A stretch of DNA of 64,000 nucleotides from Octopus sinensis (Eukaryota). Each line of letters begins with the position of its first letter. The first letter of the stretch is position 1. The stretch is from NCBI RefSeq assembly GCF_006345805.1, contig NC_043003.1:69254001-69318000 (forward strand). The letters are read 5' to 3'. Of the stretch, positions 1-12,962 are shown piece after piece. Position numbers and translations under genes: made by a program. A model generated the notes under the pieces. It did not search any database, was not told the origin of the DNA, and saw only the letters and a program-made list of their open reading frames with translations.

Positions 1-800
1 AAATAAGAAAATGGGTACGCATTATATATTGATAAATGTGGTGTCATTTTTAAGTGGTGTGTATAAATCGCATTTCTCGGTTGCACCAAAATACAAGAGT
101 TGACGATGACAAGAAAAGTTCTGATGTCAAAAGGAAGAGCAAAGTGATGATAAATAGAATGTGACAAAAAGATATGAATGTGGTAAAAGCAAAACAACAT
201 TAAGGCGAGATTTGTGAATGAAGCAACAGAGCGAACAAGAGAAAAACAGCTAGTTATAAGGAAAGAGCTAAAACAGCATGAACTGTAGGTACACAAACAT
301 GGAGCGTTTGCCTTTATGAATGGGAGATTGCATCCAAAATAGAATCCCTCTATTCACAATGGTTAGCAAAATGAAAGGATTTCTAAAGGATCTTCTCTAT
401 AATAGAAGTTATCAAAATAAGATTAGATTCTGGCCGGGACTAAAGAAATTTACTTTTCTAGCCCTTGTTGTTTTGACAGATTCAAATCTTGAATATGATC
501 AAATAATATGCACAGTGGAGGCTGCAAGTGTGAACAATCTTGAAGCATCGATATATACCCTTGTTTTAAAAAGATAATCGAAGAAAAGTGTTATTGCGTT
601 ATGACAACAAACAGGTGTTCAATGTTGATAGAAGAGTTACGTACTTGAAAAGAATAACTTCAGAAAATGTTTTATTGAAAAGAAAATAAAGTGTCAACCT
701 TATATGTGAGCATGTGTGTGTGCATATAGATGTATATGCATGTATACGTGTGTGTATGTATGTATTATGTATGTATGTGTGTGTATGAGTGTATGTATGT

Positions 801-1405
801 GCACCGTAAATTGATTCGTTGTGTCGTTTCGTGAACAAAACCATCTCTATAAACAATGCGATCGGAGACAGAAAAACAGGTTATGTGTGTATATGCACAT
901 TTTGTGGGTTCTTGGTCTCTCATCAGCACCTAAGCAACCTATCAACTGTCCACGAACGCATTGTTTAATTACCCATTAGGTTTAGTTATGTAACATAATT
1001 AGATAGACCAATTTGCATATCAAACATATTCCTGACAAATGGTACGTATATAATCTCTGTCAAGGTAACAGTATTTCGTTTTCTTGCCATAATATACTAT
1101 TAAGTATATTATTAGTTTATTAAGTCGATACTGTGTCTTGCCGTGTGTCAACAATACTTTAATTTCATTTGAAGTTACCAAGAATGTGTTTGATATGCAA
1201 ATTGATCTATCCAATTATGTTGCACAACTAAACCTCGCGAATATTTAAACAATGTGTTCGTAGATAGTTGATAGGTTGGATGAGACGCTGATGTGAGGAC
1301 AAGAATCCTCGAAATATGCATATACACCCATTATCTATTTTTCTATCCTCGATCGCATTATTTACACAGACGTGTTTGTTTACGAAACGTTCTAACTTAC
1401 AGTGC
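801..1405. mobile_element. Foldback/MITE-like element with ~230-bp imperfect terminal inverted repeats
   Basis: Arm 801-1034 (gcaccgtaaa...cgtttcgtgaac...aatgcgatcgg...gcatatcaaacatattcctg) aligns to the reverse complement of 1179-1405; ~145-bp spacer; no ORF. Confidence 0.75.
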
Positions 1406-1479
1406 TGGCTTTGGTTTCTATAGAAAATCTAGAGACAACCTTAAAATGAAATTATAGCACTGTTAACACACAGAACTGA

Positions 1480-2830
1480 CTTAATACTAAGAGGTGTATC
1501 ATGACAGCAATTAAATTAAGACCCGTAATTGTGTATTGTGCACAGATTGCAAAAGCTCTTCAAAGCAATAACCAACTATCTTAAACCAGTATTTTGGTTT
1601 TCTAGAAAGAACACACAAAAGACCAAAGTTCTTTTGATCACAAATAATCAACCGATTTTTGCACAATTAAAGAAAAGTATTTTAAAACAAAGAATCTTAC
1701 TTTGAAATTTTGATTGTTTCTAGCTAACACCTGAATGTCATCTATTTGTAATTAGTTGGGTGAGGGTGTCTGGCTTAGTGATTAGGGCATTCACCTCACG
1801 ATCGTAAGGTCATGAGTTGGGTTCTTGGCGATGTGCTGTGAGGTTGAGGAAGACATTTTATTTTACGTTGCTCCAGTTCGCTCGGTTGGCAAAAATGAGT
1901 AGTACCTGTAATTCAAAGGGCCAGCCTTGTGATATTCTGTGTCACACGGAGTCACCCTTAGTACTATGTTAAGGGTATGCATGTCTGTGGAGTACTCAGC
2001 CACTTGCACGTGAATTCCATGAGCGAGCTGTTTTGTTGACTTGATCAATTGGAAACCTTGTCGCGTAACCGACGGAGTGTCACTTACTGTAATTAGTTAT
2101 TTGTGGGAAAATTTAAAACTCATATTTTTGCCTCCGAACATAACATTCCTTTTACAACCTAGAAACCAAGGGGTATTTTCTATTTCTAAAGGCTATTTTT
2201 TTTAATCGTTCGAACAAGCAATTAAAGTTACAACAAGAAAAGAAGCAGTCCCACTGGTACTAATTCAATGTTTAAAACTGCCTTTGAAAATATTCATGAA
2301 TCGCAAGATAAAGTCATAACAAAGAATAGGAGAGCTGTTTGAAATCATATTTTGCTATATAATGCTATTTCATCACATTTTATCACATTTTACTGCATTG
2401 CGTTAATGATTTCAGTGATGTTCTGAGCGAGAGAAAATGGCTATCATCTGAAGAGTGTTTGGCGACGGTGAAACTGTGGATGTTCGTGGTTTCTTTGAAT
2501 CCCATTCGAAAGAATTAACTAATCACGAAGACCTCCTGCATTTGTATCAAAGTTGTGCGTACGAAGAAGCAAATGATGTAACAAGCGAGAAAAATGAACA
2601 GCAAATCGATAGAATTACTGTAAAAGAATTCGATTCTTCACGAATTTGAAAAGTTCACATAATAAATAATCGAATATTGCATGGAAGCTCAGAGAATTTT
2701 GGACAAAGAATTCCACTGCAATGGATAGATGCATGCGAAATACAATAAAAGAATATGATTTTAAAATGCAGTTGAAATGATCTTGGATAAAAACATTATC
2801 GAATAAAACTCGATTCGTAATTTTCTTATC
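1480..2830 (+). mobile_element. Fossil pogo/Tigger-like transposase (DDE and C-terminal region), frameshifted and split by a SINE
   Basis: Broken translations: IKLRPVIVYCAQIAKAL, LKPVFWFSRK, KLIFLPPNITFLLQPRNQGVF (cf. FLPPNTTSLLQPMDQGVI), FFESHSKELTNHEDLL (cf. LLESHSEELTNEDL), KLDS near the C-terminus. Confidence 0.75.
1758..2087 (+). mobile_element. tRNA-derived SINE, family C, with 11-bp target-site duplication
   Basis: Head tggcttagtgattaggg...gagttgggttc; body ccagttcgctcggttggcaaaaatgagtagtacc; TSD tgtaattagtt at 1747-1757 and 2088-2098. Related copies at ~17922-18020(-), 19213-19535(+), 27146-28565(+, split), 31845-32080(-), 57662-57910(-). Confidence 0.85.
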
Positions 2831-3089
2831 ATTTTTATATATAACTTTTTTTAATCTTTGGATTGCATCCACGCTGGGGCACCACTTTGAAGGGTTTGGT
2901 CGAACAAATCGCCCCGAATTGATTACTGTTTTGTTTTTTGTTTTGTTTTTTTTAAGTCTTGTAATTATTCTATCGATCTCTTTTATTACGTTGTCTGAGC
3001 ATAAACAAACCAACAACGGTTGTAAAGCGGCGGTGGGGAAGAAACACACACACAGAAGCATATATACATAAAGAGAGAGAGGTACACAT

Positions 3090-3136
<47 letters not shown>

Positions 3137-3274
3137 ACACACACATATATATATATATATAGTAGTAACAGAAAGGAGGAATGTCGATTATCCCCACGTG
3201 CTGAGTTGTAATGTATATAAGAAATTAAAAAAGAAAAATACGCACATTTACATAGTTTTAATATAATTTTTAAT

Positions 3275-3309
3275 ATATCGACCGGTTTCGCTATCGCTAT
3301 TCATGATAT
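3275..3309 (-). ncRNA. Degenerate minimal hammerhead-like relic (Penelope-type)
   Basis: Minus strand atatc-ATGAATA-gc gata gc-GAAA-ccgg-TC-gatat. Stem I is perfect and stem III palindromic, but the core is mutated from CUGANGA. Confidence 0.4.
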
Positions 3310-3484
3310 TATGTTTTAATTATTTGAATAAGTATTTTTTCTTAAGAAGAAATTTTGCCCATGTTGTGTGTGATGATATTTACGAGTGAATGACTTCACA
3401 AGTAGCAAAATAAGGTGAGGTAATTGCTTATCGTTATTATTGTTATTGATGTGGGTAAGGGAGATAACTGTTCAGCTTTCGGTA

Positions 3485-3789
3485 ATGGGAGGGGAATATA
3501 TATGTACAGACAAAAACAAGTTTCGAAAAACTTGTTTAGTCAGGGAATTTATGTACAGTGATGTAATCGTGAATTGAAATATGTAAAAAGATAAAAGTTG
3601 GTTATGCGTGCATATTAAGACGTGTTCTGTATTTTTCAATGAAAAAAGTTTCTGTATTTAAACGTTCTTGTGGGGAGATTGTGTCTTTGCACTGATAGAA
3701 GGGGAAGACTATGAGACTAGTTTTAATTCCCCCACTAAACAAGTTTTGCGAGACTTGTTTTTGTCTGTACATATATATTCCCCTCCCAT
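3485..3789. repeat. 65-bp inverted repeat pair (MITE-like)
   Basis: 3485-3549 (atgggaggggaatatatatgtacagacaaaaacaag...gggaatt) is the near-exact reverse complement of 3725-3789. Confidence 0.65.
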
Positions 3790-4220
3790 GCTGCGGTTTT
3801 CACCGTTAATACATGGTGTTTGTCAATTTTAACCCACGCTGGTGAAAGGGAGAGCAGAAATTCTTCGCTTGCATATTCGAATTTGATAGCACTTTTAGTT
3901 CGAGCAGAATTCTAGAGGTGATTAGAAGCCGAAAGGTATGCTCCCGACTTTCAGTGTTCCAAATCCGATTCAAGGAATTCTGAGCTGAAAAAGAAATGTC
4001 GAATTGACTAATCTAGAAACGTACGTTCTCAAATAACCTTTGCACTTGATTTTTTAATGTTTTTTCCCCCATACTTTTGTGAGTTAGTTTAGGCAAACAC
4101 TATCTGAGAGAGATCTTCTTTAAGTATTAGAAATAGCTGAAGAAATTTCTTTAGCTGCTATTTCTAATGAGTTCAGTATGTGGCAAAGTAATTTATTTTA
4201 CTAAGCCCTTATATATAATG

Positions 4221-4259
<39 letters not shown>

Positions 4260-4422
4260 GGTTGTGTATGTGTGTGTGTGTGGTAATATAGTAACCAACT
4301 AAGGGATGAAAATGTCCGTATATACTATCGGTATCCGTTACCTGTGTTATCTCCAGGCAATGGTGTGCAGGCACACCATACAATACACGTAGAGTACAGA
4401 TAACACACACTCTCTCTCTCTT

Positions 4423-4454
<32 letters not shown>

Positions 4455-4819
4455 TCTCCTCTCTCTCTCCTCTCTCTCTCTCTCCTCTCTCTCTCCCTCT
4501 CTCTCTCTCTGGTTTGTTGAATATATTTCTCTTGTTTTTCACTCTGATGAAAATCCATTGGCTTAATTGGAATGCCCTATGAAGATGAAGAATTTCATTC
4601 TCGCATTTATGTATACACTGCATTTTGGCAATTTGATCAGTAATGGCCATAAGATATGTCGCGTCACCTATTTTGTTATGTCTTACTTTGTATTAAAAAA
4701 GAAGCTATAAATATGGTCCAACCAATGTGTTGGTTAAGCTGTGATTTTCTCCATTTTCTAATCATTTGCATTTAATATATATATATACTGAAATTCGACA
4801 TTGTCTTATACTTAAGGTT

Positions 4820-4936
<117 letters not shown>

Positions 4937-5425
4937 CAGTCATTACCATTAGTCATAGACTGACACTGACCCTATCATTATTCCCACGCATACATAAACA
5001 CACACACTGAGAAGCACGCAGTTATGTTCACAGTTACTGAAAGAAACCAATCACTCTTAAACGAAGAAAGAGTTTACCAATCTACTATAAAATGTCTACC
5101 ATCACTTACACACACATACACACATACGCACAGACACTCTCTCTTTCTCTATCCTCTGTCTCTCTCTCTCTGTCCCTCTCTCTGCTTTGTTGAATATATT
5201 TCTCACCGTTAGCACGTTTACTTCCCGCATTTAAATCATACTTCACTTGATAACCTGCAAAAATGTCTTCGCGAAAAACTCTTTTGTCGATGTGGCTCAG
5301 ATAAAGAGGGAATAAAATGTTCTCTCAGTCACATCTTAAAAACAAGAATAACCAATTATTTTAGAGTGGCTTTATATTTCGCCATTTACTTTCCTTTGTC
5401 TCTACTATTTTATTACATTTCCTAT

Positions 5426-5461
<36 letters not shown>

Positions 5462-5898
5462 TGTTTGTTGGTCGTATTCGTTTGTTCCTTTATTTTACAT
5501 TTTTTTTTTTTTTTCCATTATATATTTATCGGTTTTGATATTCTCTATCAATTCTTTGTCGCACGCCCACACTAAATGGTACGTCTTTAGAGCAGAAACT
5601 TTCCAAATGACACTAGCGCAGCAATTTTGGACAGCTAACTCTCTCTCCTTCCACCATAACACGTTTTACTATCATTCACACATGCGCATGCGCATATAAT
5701 TCTGTTCACGTTATACTTTCATTTGTCTTCGATCTTTTACTTGTTCCAGTCATTAAACTGCGGCCATGCTGGAGCACCGCCTTGAAGAAATTTTAGTCAA
5801 ACGAATTAACCCCAGGGCTATTTTTTAAGACTGGTACCTATTCCATCACCGGTTGTCGAGCGGTAGTAGGCTCAAGCACAGACACAAGATGATAAACG

Positions 5899-5958
<60 letters not shown>

Positions 5959-5974
5959 CATGCCAGTCGCCATG

Positions 5975-6159
5975 CTTGATCGTTAAATCTACAAGTTTGT
6001 TTATTTAATCTCTCCTGTTTATTTCCTCTATCCCCTTTTCTGTTGAAGAGCGTAGGCTCGAAATGTAAAAGACTTCCTCACTCTCCCGAGCGTCAAACTA
6101 ATACACCTGCTTGTTGTTCATACACCTGTCTTCGTCTTTTGTTTTTCCATATATTTCAA

Positions 6160-6165
<6 letters not shown>
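5975..6165 (+). mobile_element. Penelope-like terminal-repeat fragment with variant hammerhead-like motif (6036-6071)
   Basis: tttt-CTGTTGA-A-gagc gtag gctc-GAAA-tGTA-aaaga. The same family is present reversed at 21752-21946 and 51712-51960. Confidence 0.55.
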
Positions 6166-6256
<91 letters not shown>

Positions 6257-6990
6257 CTCTTAGTAGCTAACTCTGAAATCGGTCCGATATGGTAATAATG
6301 GAAATTTTTAGAAATTTCTGTCGGCCTTTTTCGAGTAGCGTGCGTATTGTAAAAAAATTATATGGTTAATGGACAATATGTCCAATTTTTCGGCATATTT
6401 GGCATTAGAAAATTTTTTCCTTTGCCCTCATTTATGAATTGTTTATAAATTTAACCGTTAAAGTTATTTTTTAATATGCTGGCCATTGATAAAATTTTTT
6501 TCGAGAAAATATTTTTTTCGAGAAATATTTTATCTTCACATTAGATATATATATATATATATATATGGGCTTTTATCAGTTTCTATCTACCAAATCCACA
6601 CACAAGGCTCTGGTCGGCCCGTGGCTATAGTAGAAGACACTTGCCCAAGGAGCCACGCATAGCCACACCGGCGCCTTCGTTCAACTCCTCCAGACAATCC
6701 TACAACACATCTTTGGCACATGTTGCACACACAAGCAGACTTGCACGAACACAGTCTCACACACACACACACGCCTTCTTACGACTCAGCTAGCAATTGC
6801 ACACACACACACACACATACCTATACACACACACACCGATATTACTCCTCGCCTACATTAGCTAACACTTGGCTTTTAGAATTTTCATTTTCCCATGCGT
6901 CCTATCCTTTAATTAATTTATCGTTATAACTATATTTATCACATTCACTCGTTCTCTTTCGTTCTCTTTCTACCCCCTTTTTTCTTCCTC

Positions 6991-7028
6991 TTCTTTCTGA
7001 AGAAGGACTAACGTCCGAAATGTCAGGT
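6991..7028 (+). ncRNA. Minimal hammerhead-like motif with canonical core
   Basis: CTGAAGA(6997-7003)-A-ggac taac gtcc-GAAA(7017-7020)-tGTC. Stem II is perfect; stems I and III are weak. Confidence 0.45.
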
Positions 7029-7214
7029 CACTCCGGACCCATCTCAAGCGTTCGACTCACACCGTATTCGTCTGATTTTTACTTATTTTAGAGATGTTCA
7101 TTTAGTGTTTTTTTTAATGTTTTTGACTATAGAACATTGAGAGGGAGTGAGAGAGAGCGAGAGAGGGAGAGAGAGGGGGTGAGGGAGCGGGGAGAAAGAG
7201 AGAAAGAACGATAA

Positions 7215-7294
<80 letters not shown>

Positions 7295-8053
7295 GTTGTC
7301 GTATAATGAATTGTATTTCGCAGTGTTACAACTATTCATATGTGTGTATGTATGCATATATACATACATACGCACACACAATGACATACATAATTTACAT
7401 ATACATATACGTACATTCAAGTTACATATACGTACACACCTATCGGAATTTCAGTGTATACATTCATATGTGCATGCAATCCATGCACATATACATACGC
7501 ACGTACACACACAGGCGCGCACACAAACGTTCGTACATGTCGCCATATGCAAATATGTGTGAGAGATAGAAAGACAGAGTGTGTGGGCGAGCGAGAGAGA
7601 GAGATTGAGAGACCGAATGAGAGGCAGAGAAAAGTGAAAACAGTGGACGGAACACATAAACGCAACCTTTCGTTCCGTTTTCCTCCCTCTCTCAGCCTCT
7701 TATCTTTGGTTTCAGGAACAAAAAGTTAAGTGTAGATGATATTTCTTATGTCTTTCACGAGAAGAATTATGACGATAGCACTTGTATACAGAAGACATTT
7801 ATGAGTGCTGCTTTGGATTTTTAATCAATTTAACTTGACTAGAACATTCGATTGGACAGCGACTGGAAGATTATGCTGTTTGGTCAATTTTATATCTCCC
7901 TCAAGAAATTCTTTTCAATTACTTCCCAGCATCAAATTCCTTGCAATGAAAGCCTCAAAATGTAACAAATTCCTGCCTTTTCGTAAATCAGTTTATGGTA
8001 AATTGTAAAGAAAATAACACGGTTTGTCAATAGGCAGCGAATGTGTGTTTGGC

Positions 8054-8792
8054 TGAGGTTTTATAATATTCTTTTCTGCTCTAGGCACAAGGCCCGAAAT
8101 TTGGGGGGAGAGGGGCCAATTGATTAGATTGACCCCAGTACGCGACTGGTACTTAATTTATCGACTCCGAAAGGATGAAAAGCAAAGTTGACCTTGGAGG
8201 TTTTATAATATTCTTTTCTTCTCAAAGCACAAGACCCGAAATTTTGGGGAAACGGGGGGGGGGGGGGGCAGTCGATTAGATCGACCTCAGAAACGCAACT
8301 GGTAGTTAATTTATCGACCCCGAAAGGATGAAAAGCAAAGTCGACCTCGGAGGTTTTATAATATTCTTTTCTACTCTAGGCACAAGGCCCGAAATTTGGG
8401 GGGAGGGGGTGCCAGTCGATTACATCGACCTCAGTACACAACTGGTACTTAATTTATCGACCCCGAAAGGAGGAAAAGCAAAGTCGACCTCGGAGAGTTT
8501 TATAATATTCTTTTCTACTCTAGGCACAAGGCCCGAAATTTTGGGGAAGGGGGTCTAGTCGATTAGATCGACCTCAGTACGCAACTGGTACTTAATTTAT
8601 CGACCCCGAAAGTATGAAAAGCAAAGTCGACCTCGGAGAGTTTTATAATATTCTTTTCTACTCTAGGCACAAGGCCCGAAATTTGGGGGGAGGGGGGGTC
8701 CAGTCGATTACATCGACCTCAGTACGCAACTGGTACTTAATTTATCGACCCCGAAAGGATGAAAGGCAAGTTGACCACGGAGGTTTTATAAT
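8054..8792 (-). repeat. Tandem array of five ~142-153-bp units made of the body and tail of SINE family B, without the tRNA head
   Basis: The motif gaggttttataatattc recurs at ~8055, 8197, 8350, 8495, 8638 and 8780. The unit's reverse complement matches cgaggtcgactttgcctttcatcctttcggggtcgat of the SINE-B copies at 25557 and 30303. Confidence 0.9.
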
Positions 8793-10107
8793 AATGCGAA
8801 CGTGAACAGGCGCTGGTATGGCAGCGTGGTTAAGAAGCTCGATTTGGAACCACGTGGTTCTGGGTTCAGTCCTACTGCGTGCCACCTTGGGCAAGTATCT
8901 TGTACAAGAACCCCGGGTCTATCAACTCCTTGTGTGTGAATTTGGTTGACAGAATATACGTAGACGCCTCCGTGGCTGTGTGGTAAGACAGTCCAAGGTA
9001 CCACGCAGTGGGACTGAAACCGGAACCATGTTGTTGGGGAGCAAGCTACTTACCACACAGTCACTCCTGTGCCTATGTTTGGTTGCTATTTCTAACGATT
9101 ATTTTTACCGTTGGTTCGAGAATGAACTGAATCACTCGATATGGCACGATGCGGCGGCAGAAGTCTTAACAGACAAATATGGCATTTGCTGCCAGTGAGG
9201 TGTGGCTAGCATGTAAATACGGAGGCAAACTGAAGATAAGATGAGAAAACAAATGGAGGAAAAAGGAAAATTTGGAGTAGGAGGATGGAGAGAAAGAGAC
9301 TCTATGAGAGAGTGATGGGGAGAGAGAGAGAGAGATAAGAGAAAGTATGCAAAGCCATAAAATGGAAAAAGATAAAAACTTTGTAGAGCGTTGCATTATA
9401 AATTATAACATCACGTTTAAAGTTACAGCAGAAATATTTTAAATTTAACTTTATTTTATTTTAAAACAAATAGATATGTTGTAACGAAATTCCGAAGGAG
9501 AAAAAAAAAAGTTATTTTTCCAAGAATGTGAAATGTAATTAATTAAACTTTGAAGCAGAAATTTGAAAGTGTGAAAACAAAAGGAAAAGTTTTTAAAAAT
9601 GATAAAAATACAACAATATTAATTGAAATTCAGCCAACATAACAAGGAAAACTGGTTGATTCAAATACACACACACACACACACCACCACCACCACCACA
9701 ATACCACATGCATAGCTATACATGTGCATAGTCCCACATGTACATATTTACATATGCACACACTCAGACATGTATACAGTCGAGTGTACTTACACTCGCA
9801 CCTACGCATAAACACACACACACGCGCGCACACACATACACACACATTCACACATACTTACATGTACCGCTTGCCTTTTGCTTTTTGTTTGTCTTAGTCA
9901 ATGGACAGCGGCCATACTGGGCAGCACTTTGAAGAATTTTTAGTCGAATGAATCAACCGTAGCACTTGTTTTTTTTTTTCTCTTTAAGCCTGGTGCTTAT
10001 CCTCTTGGTCTCTTTTGCCGAACCGCTAAGTTACGGGGTGAGACACACCAATACTGGTTTCCAATCGGTTGTGGAGGACTAAGGCTGACACAAGATCTAC
10101 ACAAGAT

Positions 10108-10396
10108 CTACCCAGCCAAAGATCTACAATGTCTTGTACAGAATTGGCAACTAAAACCTTTACCGGTAATAGCCGGCTGTAGTTGTAACTGGGCTTCATG
10201 TACCTTTGCATGTCGTTTAAGTCGTCCTCCTGCCGAATTACACTCTCTTCCACATGCCTGACAGATATGATTAGTATGGTGTGTAACACCACCAGCAGTG
10301 GCCATGTTGTCACTCATCTGTCTCGCTTTATAACTACGAAGATGACTCTTGAGTCCAGCTTTACTGAGGCAGGGACTTACACAGACACTGCATGTC
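10108..10396 (-). mobile_element. Fragment encoding three non-TGEKP C2H2-like fingers; likely RTE-type LINE C-terminus
   Basis: CSVCVSPCLSKAGLKSHLRSY, CQACGRECNSAGGRLKRHAKVH, CQFCTRHCRSLAG-stop; bounded by (TACA)n and a SINE. Confidence 0.55.
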
Positions 10397-11135
10397 AGCA
10401 TCATACATGCATACATACATACATACATACATACATACATACATACATACATACATACATACATACATACATACATACATACATAAATACATACATACAT
10501 ACATACATACATACATACATACATACATACATACATACATACATACATGCATACATTAACTATATGAATAAAAAGCGAAGTCTCCCCTGTATTGCATATT
10601 TTCACAGCGAAACATGTAAACCAAAGAGAAAAATTGTTGATCGAAAGAAGAAACTTGATTGTTGCAGGAACACTAAACGACCGACTTATTCAGACCAGTA
10701 GAAGCTTCAGCCAAATACATCTGCACTTACCTGCCGCTGACCGTAGCAGCAGCCTCGTTATTAAATGTTTCATAAATGAGATGAGTGAAGAATATAAACA
10801 CTTGAAACATGGTTTTAATGAAATGTTTCTAGAGAAGATTGATTCACTTCTAAGCTTTGCTTACAAAAAAAAAGTATCGTACTTAACACGTATTGATAAG
10901 AGATTTTACTTTGCTGATGTTTGCGGTGATTAATGATATAAGAGCATTTGCGCAAACAATAATTAATCATCATTTTGGGAAACAAACACATGCTTATATT
11001 CCTTTTCTCCAACGGTTAAACAGTGTCTCGAAAGCACTGAGAGAGTAAACAAATGCAAGGCAATACGTAAATCATTAAGGATTTGGAAAACAGGAAAAAA
11101 AAGACCATTGATCTACGGAAGGCCATCATATATAT

Positions 11136-11452
11136 CAGAGGTTATCAAACTTTTTGAGGCCACCGCCCCACTCATGGCCACATAGTACGCTCAGCGCCCT
11201 CACCCCTATTTTTATGTATAAATAAATATTTTATATTTTACTAATTTATATATACTATGAATCATTTGATGTTTAATATAATATTATATAATTTGTGTAC
11301 AATACTATAATAATCCACTGCCTACCTCTTGACGCCTCCTTTTTCTCTAAAGCCCTGTCCGCCCCCACCACCCCCTTAGGCACCAGTGTCCACCTGGGCC
11401 GTCTCAACGCCCACCGGGATGGGGGCGGTAGCACCTACTTTGAGAACCTATG
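11136..11452. mobile_element. hAT (Charlie/MER5-like) MITE
   Basis: TIRs cagaggttatcaaact / actttgagaacctatg; 8-bp flanks atatatat / atatacat (7 of 8 identical). Confidence 0.75.
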
Positions 11453-11837
11453 ATATACATGGTAATTCTTATCAATGCTAAACAAGCGAATGGTTATACT
11501 TTTCAACTAAACCATAGGTTCTCAAAGTGGGCTCTACCTCTCAAACGGTCCCTGAATAAAGGTTGTTTAAGGATGTTGAACGAATCACCCATGTTTCCAG
11601 AGGTGAATTATTCAAGCCCCAAAGAATTCCTCTCAACATATGGCTATGATGCTCCCCCACTACTTCTGCTTGTGATCAGAGATGCACATATCGTCAGCCA
11701 CTAAGGGACATGCTCAAATGGTTACGGTCAAACAACTGACAAACAAATCTGTGGTATTGGGCAGAATATTTGCTGTAGCCCATCTTTTATACCTTTATTA
11801 TTATACCATTACTATCATTATTATTATTATTATTATT

Positions 11838-11911
11838 CAGGTCACTGCCAGAATCGAACTCGGAATCTAGGTGTTAGTAACCCACGCTCTTAACCACTAC
11901 GCTATATGCCC
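11838..11911 (-). mobile_element. Short tRNA-derived SINE or retro-pseudogene with (AAT)n tail
   Basis: Minus strand gggcatatagcgtagtggttaagagc...gagttcgattctggcagtgacc with A- and B-box-like motifs, followed by (aat)n. Confidence 0.7.
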
Positions 11912-12129
11912 GTCAAATGTAAATAATGTAAATAATGTACATGATTCCTCATCTCTGAAACATATAACAGATAATTGCTGTCGAAGGGTATCTAGGAAGA
12001 AGTGTAGGAATGTGCTGTGCAACTTCAATCAATAAAGTAGTGATGGTAGATGTGTGGCAAAATAGAAAGAATTTAGTTAGTCAGGTTAAATAACAAAAAT
12101 GCATTCGATACTTTTCCCACTCCAGACGA

Positions 12130-12950
12130 TTCTAGGGGCCCTTCGAGATGCTAAAGTACCAGGGACCATAGTCAAAACCACAGACATTTTTGTCTCATCT
12201 TGCTTCACTATCCTGAATTTAAATTAAAGAAATTATCCAATTATCTCTGACAAAGTGACGTATGAAAAGAGGAATATTTTAAAATGAAAGTGTATCTATA
12301 ATGCTTATAATGGTAGTGAACACTTTATCCATTCTTCTGCGAAGATCTGGAGGACATGCGATTATCTTCTAGAAGAACGGAAACAGATTCCTGAAACAAG
12401 ACTTCTATGTTGATAACCTGAACGATAAGTGGAAGTGATTTGTCTTGGTTATGACATCCTCAAAGAAAACTAAAGAGAAGGGTTTGATTCAGGTAAATTT
12501 TTTTATATAATCATAAAACTACGAAGAACTACAATCCGGTAATATTTCTATCAATAAGCTGATCATTTCTCCGATATCAAACGGAGTGCCTAGGGATTGA
12601 TGAAATCAAACACATTTTTCGAGGTAATAAGGAACAGGAAAGTAGGACACGGATGGAAAATATAAACTATTTACTGCAATATATATGTGACAAAAAGGTG
12701 GGTTTTTTTACCACACTAGAACCCATTCTGACATTTGGTCTCTTTGGTGTTATCTTCGAGGGGATTCACCATGAGTATTAAGAGTCCGAAACTGCAAGTT
12801 ATCCCCAAAAATGTCCACATCAACAATCGGAGTTGTGAATAATAGATGATGTCATTTTCACAGCAGATGCAACAAGGAAATGTAAGAGAAAATTTCAGTC
12901 TACAACGGAAGGGTCTACAATCTGCACAGCTAGAATTAAACACGGTGAGG
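12130..12950 (+). mobile_element. Highly decayed LINE reverse-transcriptase fragment (RTE-like)
   Basis: Frameshifted pieces AKVPG, ILLRR...DYLLEERK and NVHINNRS...IDDVIFTAD, the last resembling the VKING...YADD motif. Confidence 0.4.
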
Positions 12951-12962
12951 CCCTAAACTGTA

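Noticed and set aside
320-577. 85-aa ORF with an acceptor-like ttttgacag
   Set aside because: No recognisable homology or supporting donor; at most a very decayed LINE RT fragment.
8054-8792. CRISPR-like appearance of regularly spaced repeats
   Set aside because: The whole unit repeats with no unique spacers; it is SINE-derived, in a eukaryotic context with no cas genes.
10592-11130. Possible hAT transposase remnant (113-aa ORF)
   Set aside because: No diagnostic motif could be matched with confidence.
11838-11911. Possible functional tRNA gene
   Set aside because: Acceptor stem does not pair cleanly and an (AAT)n tail follows; better explained as a tRNA-derived SINE.
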